From: Octopus sinensis
Lineage: Eukaryota
Assembly: GCF_006345805.1 (NCBI RefSeq)
Contig: NC_043015.1
Location: 53,630,001 to 53,694,000, forward strand
Length of the DNA: 64,000 nt
Reading direction: 5' to 3'
The notes beneath the pieces were generated by a model. It had not been told where the DNA came from. It saw only the letters and a list, made by a program, of their open reading frames with translations, and searched no databases. The first letter of the stretch is position 1; the number at the start of each line of letters is the position of its first letter. A program made the position numbers and the translations under genes. This document shows positions 51,456 through 64,000 of this stretch, in pieces.

Positions 51456-51999
51456 ACTAGAATAATGATGATGATGATGATGAAAGTGGTGGTAATGGTG
51501 GTGGTGGTGGTGGTGGTGGTGATTAAAACACTGCGGGATAGGCAGAGAAACTCGAGGCATCAAATGAAAAGACTTGATAATTGTGATTCACTTGTTAACT
51601 GGTATGATGACATTATTTCTGGAACGCTCGCAACAGACATTTATGTGTATAGCTTGTTGCCATAGCAGCAAAATGAATGGCTGTCAGCTGCTTCCACAGA
51701 ATATGAGACGATAGACACACACACAATCACACACACACATACAATCACACACACACACACACACGTGTGTATATATATCTTTACACACATACACAGGCTT
51801 ATATATATATTTACATATATATATACGTGTATGTATTTGTATTTTACGCTTATACGTATATACATACGTATTTAGGTATAGATATATACATATATGCCGC
51901 TCTTTATCAACCAATCTATCTATCAGTCAATCTAGTGGTATATAAATATATATATGTATTACATACGTACATTCATTCATACATACATACAAACATATA

Positions 52000-52390
52000 G
52001 GCGCAGGAGTGGCTGTGTGGTAAGTAGCTTGCTTACCAACCACATGGTTCCGGGTTCAGTCCCACTGCGTGGCATCTTGGGGAAGTGTCTTCTGCTATAG
52101 CCTCGGGCCGACCAAAGCCTTGTGAGTGGATTTGGTAGACGGAAACTGAAAGAAGCCTGTCGTATATATATATATATATGTATGTATGTGTGTCTGTGTT
52201 TGTCCCACTAGCATTGCTTCACAACCGATGTATGTTTACGTCACCGTCACTTAGCGGTTCGGCAAAAGAGACCGATAGAATAAGTACTGGGCTTACAAAG
52301 AATAAGTCCCGGGGTCGATTTGCTCGACTAAAGGCGGTGCTCCAGCATGGCCGCAGTCAAATGACTGAAACAAGTAAAAGAGAGTAAAAG
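52000..52390 (+). mobile_element. SINE family A, full length
   Basis: tRNA-like head ggcgcaggagtggctgtgtggtaag..gggttcagtcccactgcg, then cttggggaagtg.., TA/TG spacer and tail gaaacaagtaaaagagagtaaaag. Confidence 0.95.
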
Positions 52391-52446
52391 TGTATACACA
52401 CATAAATACATACAAACATACATATATAAATACACACACACACATA

Positions 52447-52523
<77 letters not shown>

Positions 52524-53149
52524 CATGCATATATAAATACATATATACATTCATATATTGATAGATACAGGAAGAGAAATAATGATAGGGAGAAAGATAG
52601 GGAGATGAAAAGACAGATGTGATAGATATATACCTATAAGAGAGACAAACAAACAGATAGATAGATAAGTAGAGAGAGAGAGAGAGAGAGAGCGGCAGAC
52701 AGACAGACAGAGATAGAAACAGAGGCATAGAAAGAGCGTGGAAGTGCGTAAGAGGGAGACAGTTTAAGAAGTGAATGCGGCGGACACATAAGAAAGAAAG
52801 GAAGACAAGATTAGAAGAGGGAGAAATCGAGAAAGATCTAAAAGAAATAAAGCAAAGAATCATTTGTTGATTCTTTGGTATCATTGAATTCCATGGCAGC
52901 GATTCTAATATGGCTTGTGGTGAATTGCAGCCATTGCCGTGTGAATGTGACGTCTCCAAGACGACCTGTCACCATGCGTTGGCTGAGACCAAAAATAGTC
53001 TGAGAAACATGCAAGTTGACAATCGTCTCGGTTTGGCCTATTTCTGCGGTGAAAGATGGCGAAATGGTAAAATAGCATTGAGGGCAGGTGGTCGGGGTGG
53101 ATGTTTGCGAAAATGGAAATAAGTGTGTGGGCGATGTCAAGGTTTCCTC

Positions 53150-53740
53150 GTCTCTGTTATTTTCGATGGTTATTATGGTGATGACGACGCCGACGATGAT
53201 AGTGAAGATGGTGGTGGTGGTGGTAGCGGTGGTAGTGTTCGTTTTGAGTTTGGTGGTGGTGGTCGTGATGGTGACAATGATGATGATGATGGTGGTGGTG
53301 GTGATGATGACAGTGATGATGATGATGATTGTGGTGGTAATGGTGATGGTGGTGATGATGATGGTGATTATGATGGTGATGGTGGTGGTGGTTGTGGTGG
53401 TGGTGATGATGATGATGATTATGGTGGTGGTGGTGATGATGATGGTGATGGTGGTAGTGGTGGTGATGGTGGTGATGATGGCGGTGATGATGATGGTGGT
53501 GATGATAGTAGTGTTGGTGATGATGGCAGTGATGGTGCTGGTGGTGATGATGATGACGATGATGGTGGTGGTGGTGGTGGTGGGGATGGTGGTGATGCTG
53601 ATGATGTCAATGATGATGGTGATGATGATTATGATGATGGTGATAATGATAGTGGTGGTGGTAATAGTGGTGGTGTTGATGATGACGATGGTGACGATGA
53701 CGATAATGGGAATAGGAGGACAAGGAGATGGATAAGAATG
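53150..53740. repeat. (GGT/GAT)n low-complexity tract
   Basis: Direct reading; open in two plus frames and one minus frame. Confidence 0.9.
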
Positions 53741-54084
53741 ATGATAATTATCCTAACCATTTGAAAGATGCAGGTGCATTAGTGCTTTTGTTGTTGTTGT
53801 TGTTGTCATTGCTGCTGCTGCTACTGCTGCTGCTGTTGTTCTCGTTGTCGCAGATTAATTAATCAAACAAGATGCGATAGATCCGTTCATTAACGTCTAA
53901 TCTTGAATGACCGCCTCTCTAAACTTACTACATCTTTAAGATTCATCAATTCTTTATGATAATAGATTCAAATAAATACCCTAAGCACAGATACGAGATT
54001 TGTAATCCTCACATTAATTGAAAAATGAGGACTAATTCCACCCAATTTCGGATGAAATATTCCTATATACACAACCGCTGATCC

Positions 54085-54357
54085 CTGTGAGGGGATTTGG
54101 TAGACGAAAACTGAAAGAAGCCCGTCGTATGTATATGTACGTGTGTGTGCATATGTTGGCGTGTTTGTCCCCTCAACATCGCTTGACAACAGATGCTGGT
54201 GTGTTTACGTCCCCGTAACTTAGCGGTTCAGCAAAAAGACACCGATACAATAAGTACTAGGCTTACAAAGAATAAGTCCTGGGGTCCATTTGCTCGACTA
54301 AATGCGGTGATCCAGCATGGCCACAGTCAAATGACTGAAACAAGTACAAGAGAGTAA
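54085..54357 (+). mobile_element. SINE family A, 5'-truncated
   Basis: ggatttggtagacgaaaactgaaagaagcccgtcg..gaaacaagtacaagagagtaa. Confidence 0.9.
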
Positions 54358-55306
54358 CAAACAATTTGTTCGACAGGTTCCCCACTCTCCCATCTTGGCA
54401 CCGTGTGATTCTGGTTCTGCCCCAAACTGAAAACTATGGTGAATGGGAAGCGATTTGAAATGCGAGAGTAAATTGCAAGAAAAGCGACAGGGGAGCTCCA
54501 TAGCTTTCCACATATAGAGTTCCAGAGGTCTTACAGCAGCGGCAGAAGCGTTTAGAGAACTGCGTGAACTGCTAAGAGGAGCATTTTCAAAGCGATTAAA
54601 TAAAATTTGTAAAATATTCAGAAAATTGTTTTTTTATGCCCCAAAGATCGGATACTTTTTGCTTACTGCTCATAAATAGGGATTTTTACAGTTACTCCTC
54701 TGTCATTCAATATATTAATCTATCAATTTTTTTTATTGATTAGTGAATCAATCAAATTCTGCCTCATTCTCATTCAGTGTATCAACACGTATCTGTCTCT
54801 GTATGCACGCACAAACAAGTACACACACAGTGCATGTGTGTATGTGAGTGTGAACGTGTGTATCTTGAAGTATCTTGTCTGTATATCTATCTATCTATTC
54901 ATATCTCTTTGTTGCTATCTACTTTCCTTTTATCTTCATTTCCCTTAGTTGCAGTCATTTAGCTGCGGCCATACTGGGACAAACTATTAAGTGTCTGCTG
55001 CTTAATTTAACTCTCTTTGTAATTCATGAAATGTTAAAAAAGGCACTGGTGTATATCGAAATAACAATGTTGGCCAAGTATACCGCAGGGTACTTCGAAT
55101 GCAGCTTTAAAACGAACCAACTCGCACGTTGCATGGAGACCGATGTAACGAATCCACACAGGCCGACTTCAAACAGAAAATATTCGAAGAGATGCTCCAT
55201 GCTAATGGTGAAGATTACGCTCCATGTCTGGCGAAACTAATGTATTCCATGGTGTAAGGAAAAGTAGCTACACGCACAGAAGACAATCAGATAGTGGTTC
55301 CGCGAA

Positions 55307-55905
55307 GGCGCGTAGTTTAGTGGTTATTATTGGTATTCGGCTCACGATTGTAAGGTCGTGAGTTCAATTCCTGGCGACGCGTTGAGTCCTTGAGCAAGAC
55401 ACTTTATTTCATGTTGCTCCAGTCCACTCAGCTGGCAAAAAGGAGTAGTACTTGTATTTCAAAGGGGCTAGATTTGTCACACTCGGTTCACGCTGAATCA
55501 CCCTCAGAACTACATTAAGGATACACGTGTCTGTGGAATGCTCAGCCACTTGCAGGTTAATTTTACTAGCGGGTCAGTCCATTGATCGGATCAACTGGCG
55601 AGTGGCTTAGTGGTTATTATCGGTATTCAGTTCATGATCGCAAGGTCGTGAGTTCAATTCCTTGCGATGCGTTGTGTTGTTGATCAGGATACTTTATTTC
55701 CTGTTGTTACAGTTCACTCAGCTGGCAAAAAATGTAGTATTTCGAAAAGGCCAGCCTTGTCACACTCTGTGTCATTCTGAATCTCCCTGAGAACTTCGTT
55801 AAAGGTACAAGTGTCTGTGGAGCGCTCAGCCACTTGCAAGTTAATTTTATGAGGGGGATATTCAGTAGATCGGATCAACAGGCAGATTCGTCGTTGTAAC
55901 AGGAG
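55307..55905 (+). mobile_element. Tandem dimer of SINE family C (55307-55596 and 55597-55905)
   Basis: Two consecutive head+body copies; the second head starts directly at gatcaact|ggcgagtggcttagtgg. Confidence 0.9.
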
Positions 55906-55971
55906 GAGGACCAGTAAATAGTGGTGCCAAGTAAGTAGATCTTGCCAGAGATGGTCGTGGAGATAAATGCC

Positions 55972-56029
<58 letters not shown>

Positions 56030-56559
56030 ATACTAAAACGAAGCTTACTACTTGTGAATTCTGGTCAAACCTACAAACGTTATAAGTCACGATTTTGCGG
56101 AGGCGTACTCTAATTGAATGTAATACTCTTACATTGAACAACAGCGATGAGTTTGGTTCATGGAAATAACCGTATATATTTAGTTAGCAGCAATGTTAGG
56201 CTTACCCGCGCTTTCGGTCCTCAGTTTATCATTAAAGCAATTGTCCATATGATAAATAGGTATGCACTCGAAAGCAGTAACTGATTTGGCATCGCCGCCT
56301 TAAACCGAGGGCAAGGGTTCTAGAGAATATTATCTTTTGATTTTATCATGTTTTTTTTTGTTGTCATTTTACTTGAATCAAGAAAAGACCAAGACATGGT
56401 ACCTGATATATAGAATGCCGTCAGGCACTCACTGATCTCTATCACCGTGCAATAATGACGGTGGAATTTCTACGACAGTAATATATAGAACTTTAGTGGT
56501 CAGAGCGATGATAATAGCAGATAGCTTGGACGAGATGAGAATGTCAGATGTGATTGACC

Positions 56560-57675
56560 CATATATAACGAGAAGACCAGGAATTAATACTTCATGAGAG
56601 TAAAGTGAATATGGACATCAGATCTCTCAGCTCACAAGATGCATGTTGCTTGCAATAGTTTTGCGGTGTCACTTCTTCACGCCTGTGTTTGGTCATCTGA
56701 ACTGACCACTGCAAGAACTCAATGAGATAGCTGTTCTAAATCGCACGCTGGTCAGTGTAACAGGACACTTAAGCATCAATGGAGATATAGACAGGCTGTT
56801 TTCTCATGAAAGGATGGTGGTCGTTGTCTGAAATCTGTATTGATGTCATACAAAGCATGTATTGCGACACTGAAATAATATCTTTAGCAGGGGTAAGAGA
56901 CCGGTTACTACCTTGCCTAAGTTTGTGACTATGAGATCAACAACATGATTAGAATAGCTAATGAACTTGAGGGGAGGAATGAATTAAGCTGATACAGATA
57001 TCTACCCACGGAGCATTGATAAAATCTATTTACCAGAAGAACAAACAAAAAAAACATAGAACCAGCTCACTGAGAAGATACTACGAGGATACTTGGGATG
57101 TACAACACAAACCACAGAAGGTTGCGCAAGAGCAAAACAGAAGACATCAACCACATCCCTGCCAAATGTGGGAGAATGTATTCTAGATATTATTTTCCCA
57201 TAGAGCAAGATGCAGTAAGCAGAACGTTCTAGAACAGAATAACAAAAATGTACATACCTACAAAGGAAGCTGACTATATTGAGATTCATTGCTCAAAATA
57301 CCATTGGTGGAACTTAAAAATTAAAAGAGGTGCCAAGTTAAAACACAATTGGCCAGGATAATCAGGAAAATCAGGCGTAGGATAATCAGGAAAGGGTATG
57401 TTTGTTGTGGCAGCCAGCTGCCCTCTGGACACCAATGTGGAAAAATACAAGAGAACCATTAATAATGAGTTTGCAAATCCCGTACCAAAGGTACTCTTTC
57501 AGCTTCATAATTATTGTAGGAGGAACATGGATACATACCGACCCGTCTGGAGCAAAGTGCAACTGAACTTGGGTTCTTGTGGATAAAATGCAAATTCGTA
57601 ATTCATACACGAAAAATGATCACGATATCTGAAACCATACACGTCTGCAAGATGTTCTTAAGTTTTAAAAAGTGA
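56560..57675 (+). mobile_element. R4/Dong-like retrotransposon, heavily decayed 3' ~1.1 kb
   Basis: Residual motifs NSFAVSLL, INGDIDRLF..GGRCLKSV, TEKILRGYL, SCPLDTNV, LQIPYQRYSFSFIIIVGG, LGF..VCKMFLSFKK*. Confidence 0.65.
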
Positions 57676-57869
57676 TGAACAAAACAAAATGCTTTCCTTC
57701 TCAACTCTTCTACCAAGTAGGGGGCCGGTTAAATTTTATTTGAATTAAAAAGACAACGAGAACATGCATACATACATACATACATACATACATACATACA
57801 TACATACATACATACATACATACATGCATACATACATGCATGCATACATACATGAATACATACATACAT

Positions 57870-58135
57870 ACCAATAATGATTGGAAAACTAGGCTTTGTT
57901 AGCAAATGCTTAAAGGAGAATCTGGATAACCTGGGATTTTCAGAAAAGGAAATCGACCGGTTACTTCGTACATTACAAATGCAAGCTGTGAATGGAACAG
58001 TAAAAATATGCAATACTTTTCTCAAGATCCAAATGTGAATTTGTTTGTGTTACCTACATCCCAAAGATGGAGCACTGTATCTTTGTTGGAAACCGGCTCC
58101 TTCATCAGTGGAAGGTTTACAATAATTAAAAAATA
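57870..58135 (+). mobile_element. R4/Dong-like extreme 3' end with 3' UTR
   Basis: PIMIGKLGFVSKCLKENLDNLGFSEKEIDRLLRTLQMQAVNGTVKICNTFLKIQM*, homologous to 450-600(-). Confidence 0.75.
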
Positions 58136-58540
58136 GAAGCGATATACATACATACATACATACATACACACATAGAAATTGACAGATATGCAAGTACAAT
58201 ATGCCAAGCGAGACATATACATGTATACATATATCTGTATATATGTACATGTATATAATACACTTCTTTCACTCTCTCACACTCGCTCACCCTCTCTCAC
58301 CCTCTTTCACACACACATTCTCACACATTCCTAACGCTCTATATATCACTGTGTCTAGCAATCTGTCTATCTGTATATCTATTCATCGTTCTAAGTTGTA
58401 ATTACATAAATGAATTTATCGAATACGTACACCTAAGTCTTGTAGATTTTGTTTCACGCTATATTGTTAGCACTCAGGTTTTTCGCTTGAATATTGCTTC
58501 ACTTTATATATTTTAAAACTGAGCTTCTGTCTGACGGTGT

Positions 58541-58574
58541 CTTCCGGCGGACGACTTCCGGCGACTGACTTCCG
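58541..58574. promoter_or_regulatory. Cluster of three ETS-like (A)CTTCCG(G) motifs; possible promoter
   Basis: cttccgg at 58541, acttccgg at 58554 and acttccg at 58568, in a local CpG-rich patch. Motif match only. Confidence 0.25.
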
Positions 58575-59209
58575 CTGCCGTCCTTGTAGGATGTTTGCTG
58601 ACAGCTTAATCGCTCTAACACAGCAAGATATTGTTTTTAACTGCAGATGCTATCAGCGCCTGTTTTCAGATAAAGTTTACAACAGCTAGTTATATTAATG
58701 ATTTGTGTTGATGCCAATAGCTATATTTTTATCAATATTTTATCGAGATATGTGTAGCCTTGCTGCTATTAATTAAAAGCAACCAGTTATAAAACTGTAA
58801 TAAATGAAAAATAAAAATAAACTTAATTTGTCGCGCTGTTTGCTTGCTTGAATTTTTTTTCTAGCAAAGAACAACTACAGCAGATAACTGATGAATATCG
58901 GAATTAAACGATTTAATTAATACTCTGCTGATTCAACATTTGCATTTCTGTCTATAAATACATGTTATTTAATCACTTGTATTTTCATTTTTTTTGTCTT
59001 TACTATTATTAATACGTTTTTTGTTTTGTGTGTGCGTTTAACAGTGAAAAAGAACGATGTGTATATCAAGAGAAATAGAATATGTGATATTCATTCATCT
59101 TCCAAGATATTAAAGTGGTTTCTTTCTTGAGCAGTGAGATGCATTAGGCCGCTTACCCAGTACCTATGTTGTATAACGGACTGATATCTCAATGCCGGTC
59201 CGTCTCAAT

Positions 59210-59310
59210 GTGACTCGTTTATAGCCGAGTAGACTGGATTTACGTGAAGTGAAGCGTTTAGCTCAAGAGCACAACACATCACACGATCCGGGAATTGAAA
59301 ACCGTCTTTT
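59210..59310 (-). mobile_element. Degenerate tRNA-headed SINE fragment (family C-like)
   Basis: Reverse complement ggttttcaattcccgg..tgtgttgtgctcttgagctaaacgcttcacttcacg..ccagtctactcggct. Confidence 0.55.
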
Positions 59311-60540
59311 TCCTTAGAAAATTACTATTTCTAAATCTCACAATGAGAGATATTCAGCAACAGTACTTTGTAGTAAAGATTGTTTGCCAACATAACATGG
59401 CTGTCCTGGTTTAGGACGAATGTTGCTGTAAACTTAACCCCAAAAGACAACGTCTCTAGCTGGCGATACGACACAATCAGTGTACTTATATTTTCGAACA
59501 GGGAAATCTAGCACACGAAATCAGCTGAAAACAATATTTGTGTATCGCGACTTCTGTATTATTTCTGCCCTGATGAAGGTAAATAACCTCATACCAGCAA
59601 TAACCAGTCTCACGGACAATAAAGGCGTTCCGGTCAAGGCAACCCCATATATATTTAGTGTCTGGCAATGTATTTTATCGAGCATACCCCACTCCTTTTA
59701 TACCGGTAATGCATGATGTGATGAAGAATTGGCTGCTATTTCTGTGTGATCAACTGCCTACACATAGCTTGCAGCGTTGGTTTTGTCGTTCGGCTTTCAC
59801 ATCAGTAGGTTTTTATATGGATTAAAGAGGCATTAAGCTGATATTTCTAACAGGCCGAGTGACCTCTTCCAGGCTTGAGTCTTTAGCTTTTCAGGATCAC
59901 GTTCACTATCGATCTCTCTAGCTGGAATCTATAATAATAATCTCTTTGAATTCCTGGATGTTGGCGAAGCTGACTTTTGTAGAAAATATGACTGAGTTGC
60001 CTTGATAAACCAACATCCTATATTTCGTCTGTTTAACGCTGATTAAAAAGGATTTGAGGATTTAAGGATTAAAGGCACCGATACATTTTACTTCTAACTT
60101 ACTTGGGAAATGGCTTACACAGACAATGGAAAATTCCTTTCATACGTAACTCGCTGTCTGCTAATCTCTCATGCAATTATTGTTTCAATAATTACACCGT
60201 AAATACAGCAGCTGGAGACTGAAAACCTCTGTTCTAAGAGAATACGTGTCCTTACTAGTCATCATAATCCGGTATCTGCGTTTGTATGATATGTGTATGT
60301 ACGTACGTGTGTGAGTTTACTCGTGCGTCTGTATGTGTGTGTGTGTGTGTGTGCTGGGACGGTGTTTCTATAATGGCCGTCAGTGATTTTCCCGCCATTT
60401 CGTTTCTTTGTGTAATTTTCCTTTTTCTCGCATGTCTTTTGTAATCGTTATAAACAATCATTTTTTCTATTTATATTTCACTCGTCCTTGTAAAAGTCCC
60501 CGTCCGCGTCCCTTGTAGCAATAAATGAAACCGTTATTAA

Positions 60541-60948
60541 TACTCTCAGTTTTACTTGTTTCAGTCATTTGACTGCAGCCATGCTGGAGCACCGCCTTTA
60601 GTCGAGCAACTCGCCCCCAGGACTTATTCTTTGTAAGCCCAGTACTTATTCTATCGGTCTCTTTTGCCCAACCGCTAAGTGACGGGGACATAAACACACC
60701 AGCATCGGTTGTCAAGCAATGCTAGGGGAACAAACACAGACACACAAACATACACGCACACACATATATATATATATTTACATATATACGACGGGCCTCT
60801 TTCAGTTTCCGTCTGCCAAATCCACCCACAAGGCTTTGGTCGGCCCGAGGCTTTAGAAAACACTTGCCCAAGGTCCCACGCAGCGGGACTGAACCCGGAA
60901 CCATGTGGTTGGTAAGCAAGCTACTTACCACACAGCCACTCCTACGCC
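60541..60948 (-). mobile_element. SINE family A, full length
   Basis: Reverse complement of the 52000-52390 structure, head ggcgtaggagtggctgtgtggtaag. Confidence 0.95.
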
Positions 60949-61228
60949 TATATCTCTCTTTTTTTTATTGAACACGCGTTGCTCCAGCATGGCAGTCGAA
61001 TGAGAGGAACAAGTAAAACAGAGGGAATAACCAAAGTAACAGCTTCATTTTTACCTCGATGTTTCATTGTCCTACACATAGCAACACTACTTTTAATCAG
61101 TGCAGTGCTTTGTTAAATGTCTATCAAAAGATCCCCTACATAATGACGTATGGTAAATATTGTAATATTTGATATGGTGTGCATATCTGTTAAATGTTGG
61201 GGTTTCTGTTCTATAATTGTCAACTTGA

Positions 61229-61292
61229 GGCGTAGGAGTGGCTGTGTGGTAAGTAGCTTGCCTACGAAAAACATGGTACTGGGTTCAATTTT
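61229..61292 (+). mobile_element. SINE family A head fragment
   Basis: ggcgtaggagtggctgtgtggtaagtagcttgcctacg..catggtactgggttcaatt. Confidence 0.8.
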
Positions 61293-61439
61293 CTTATATT
61301 CCTAGTATTTAATGTAATATTGTAATATAAATTTAATGTAATGTAAAATGGTATAAGAATACAAAGGAATATATTAGACTTTACAAGACTAAAAAACTTT
61401 ATAAGAGGCGTTGAAAATGTCGTCCTTCATTTTCAATAT

Positions 61440-61581
61440 ATAAAATTTAATATAATATATATATATATATATAATAAAATATATATAATAATAATAAAAT
61501 AATAATAATATAATAATCATAATAATAATAATAATAATATAATAATAATATAATAATAATAATAATAATAATAACAACAAC

Positions 61582-61612
<31 letters not shown>

Positions 61613-61641
61613 TAATAATAATATAAAAAAAAAAAAAAAAA

Positions 61642-61672
<31 letters not shown>

Positions 61673-61680
61673 TATACATA
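61440..61680. repeat. (TA)n/(TAA)n tract
   Basis: Direct reading. Confidence 0.9.
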
Positions 61681-61695
61681 TATATATAAAGTTTA

Positions 61696-61918
61696 GGTTG
61701 GCGAGCTATAGATGAATATTAGAAGACACTTGCTTAGTGGTATTTCGTATTTCGCTTGCCGTTACGTTCTCAGGTCAAATTTCGCCGAGGTCGTTTTAGG
61801 GGTCGATTAAATAAGTACCAGTTACGCACTGGGGTCGATGTAATTGATTTAATCCCGTTGTTCATCATTATTTGTCCTCTGTATGTTTAGCCCCTTGTGG
61901 GCAATAAAGAAATAAATA
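61696..61918 (+). mobile_element. SINE family B (B1-type unit)
   Basis: ggttggcgagct..gccgaggtcg..gggtcgattaaataagtaccagttacgcactggggtcgat..ttagccccttgtgggcaataaagaaata. Confidence 0.8.
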
Positions 61919-62334
61919 TATAAAATTTAATTTATTTACTGCCGTGTGAGGATTTCCTAGGCTGAATTCACTGCCGAGAGACTTTTTGAAGAGCCTTCAC
62001 GTATAATTATTTAATTAAATGTCAAGCTAAGAATATCATAATGATAAATTATTGTAAGGATGGCAATAGAGTTATTGCTTTTTACCTCATTTGTTCTTGT
62101 TTTATTTTACAAAATTAGTTATTTATTAATCGTCAATTAAAACCGTTTATAAAAATACACCGTAGCCTTTCTGTTTATTTTGTGGGGTTAATGCTTGTTT
62201 CATTCTCATATTCCTGAGAATTTGCATTTCTAGGTTTCATCTTATTTGCTTAACTCTTATGAGATATTTTTCATTAAAGATAAATTAAATATAAAGATAT
62301 TCTATTGAGACAATCATATTAATTAATTAATTTT

Positions 62335-62685
62335 CTTTTCATTTGTTTCAGTCATTTGAGTGCGGTCATGCTGATTGACCCCAGGACTTATTCTTTGTAA
62401 GCCTAGTACTTTTCTATCAGTCTATTTTGCGGAACCACTAAGTGACGGTGACGTAAACACATCGGTTGTCAAGCGATGTTGGGGGGACAAACACAGACGA
62501 ACAAACATATACATATATATACGACGGGTTTCTTTCAGTTTCCGTCTACCAAATTTACTCACAAGGCTTTGGTCCGCCCGAGGACATAGTAGAAGACACT
62601 TGCCCAAGGTGCCATGCAGTGGGACTGAACCCGGAACCATGTGGTTGGTAAGCAAGCTTCTTATCACATAGCCACTCATGCGCTT
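62335..62685 (-). mobile_element. SINE family A, near full length
   Basis: tttgtttcagtcattt..gtaagcctagtact..ttcagtttccgtctacc..cttgcccaaggtgcca..gaacccggaaccatgtggttggtaagc. Confidence 0.9.
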
Positions 62686-63769
62686 ACATAAATGATTTAT
62701 TTATTTTACAATATTACATTCAATACTAGGAATATAAGAAATCATAATATTATATTTTCTGAACCAAATACCATGAAGTGATTGTGTACATAATGGAACT
62801 TTGATAATGTATATCAGAAAAATCTATACATATTAATTTGGCATGGGCAATTGTGTTGGAATTGATGGTCAAACGGCTGGGTGGAATTGCGCGAAAAATT
62901 CCACAGATGTATAGAATGATCAGGTGGTATGGCTTTGCATTTTTTCATAGCTCCCATGGATACCGCGATAATCTACTATAATAATAATCTTGTGTTTATG
63001 AATGAGAAAGGAAGGGGTGATGTACTTGGTAGTGAGATTATGAAAATTATGCGCTGACAAAATAATTCAAGCAACGTTTCAACTGTGTGTGAATATATGT
63101 GTGTGTACGTAAAAGGGGGCATGTGAATGTGTGTGTGTGTGTATGTGTGTGCGCGTGAATGTGTGTGTGTGTGTGCGGGCGTATTGGGAGTAGGATGGTT
63201 CATCTTTGTTTGCTTAGCATTTCTTTTTTGATTTGGTTGAATCTTGGCTGGGTTTTTTGTGTTGGTCAGTTATTTTTAGCGTTTTGACCGCAAAAAGTCA
63301 TTCTAAAATAGCTTTTTTAACGTAAGCGTGCCCAAACAAGTCGAATGCTTACACGGAGCAGGTTTTACAGCTGCAACAATATTATGTTATGTAATATATT
63401 ATATTCATAGTATTTAATGTAATATTGTAATATAATAAAATATTTGATCGTCGATAGAATATCTCCATATTTAATTTATCTTTATTATTGAATCATACCA
63501 ATATTTATATGGTTTCCTACTGAAGTACCAGTAATTGGATGTTTAACACACCCCTTTGAAGGATATCTTTTCCTCAGTTTGTTACTTTATTTTCTCATTA
63601 ATCTAGAATTGGTATTAATGTCCTTAATTAATTTTCCTCTGTTCAAGGTTGTCTTCGTGAACATTTTTAATCTGAATCTCATTTTAATTTCTCTGGAAAA
63701 CACATCATTTCTTGTCTGTAGCAGATTTTCTCGAAATCGTTTTTTTGGCTAAAAATTATAATAATGGTA

Positions 63770-63946
63770 TCAAATTTTGGCACAAGGTCGGCAAGATCGA
63801 CGAACGGGGAAAATCGATTACACTGACCCCAGTGTGTAACTGGTACTTAATTTATCAACGCCGAAAGGATGAAAGACAAAGTTGACCTCGGCGGAATTTG
63901 AACTCAAAACGTAATAGTGGACGATATGCTGCTTAGCATTTTACCA
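63770..63946 (-). mobile_element. SINE family B
   Basis: ttggcacaagg..gaccccagtgtgtaactggtacttaatttatc..gacctcggcggaatttgaactc. Confidence 0.8.
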
Positions 63947-64000
63947 AGGACTGTCGAAAGCTGACACTTTCCATCATACCCAACAAAATAATCAGTGAAT

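Noticed and set aside
52000-52075. tRNA-like sequence
   Set aside because: It is the SINE A head: it continues into the SINE body and lacks a canonical cloverleaf and terminator. The same applies to the other SINE heads.
52853-52877. Perfect 10-bp hairpin caaagaatca/tgattctttg
   Set aside because: Too short to interpret; expected occasionally in AT-rich DNA.
53088-53764. 213-215-aa G/D-rich and V/M-rich ORFs
   Set aside because: They lie in a (GGT/GAT)n tract that is open in several frames on both strands. No domain or splice evidence; a microsatellite artefact is the simplest explanation.
58085-58118. Minus-strand CTGATGA in the R4-like 3' UTR
   Set aside because: No GAAA after the possible stem II.
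59570-59596. CTGATGA-aggt-aaata-acct hammerhead-like start
   Set aside because: Followed by cata instead of GAAA; no stem III.

Overview
AT-rich animal genomic DNA made up almost entirely of transposable-element debris and microsatellites. The tRNA-headed SINE families and the very high (TA)n/(TAA)n/(GATA)n/(GAT)n load point to an octopus (coleoid cephalopod) genome; this is an inference from recognised repeat content, not a database hit. I cannot support any host protein-coding gene, tRNA, rRNA or known miRNA. Nearly all ORFs in the supplied track are microsatellite or SINE read-throughs. What is supportable: (i) about 35 SINE copies from five families (labelled A-E here), including tandem arrays and head/body chimeras; (ii) decayed non-LTR retrotransposon fragments (six R4/Dong-like RLE pieces, one RTE 3' end, one CR1-like 3' end); (iii) a full-length dead mariner plus mariner MITE/ends and a small non-autonomous Helitron; (iv) five copies of an unclassified ~560-bp element that sits inside (TAA)n tracts; (v) several foldback elements, including an apparently perfect 436-bp inverted repeat with Penelope-like features and degenerate hammerhead-ribozyme cores; (vi) a 100-N scaffold gap at 50697-50796. 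Best leads are the (TAA)n-embedded 560-bp element, the 184-bp SINE-module tandem arrays, the Penelope-like inverted repeat and the hammerhead candidate at about 40.95 kb. Coordinates were read by eye and boundaries of degenerate copies are approximate.
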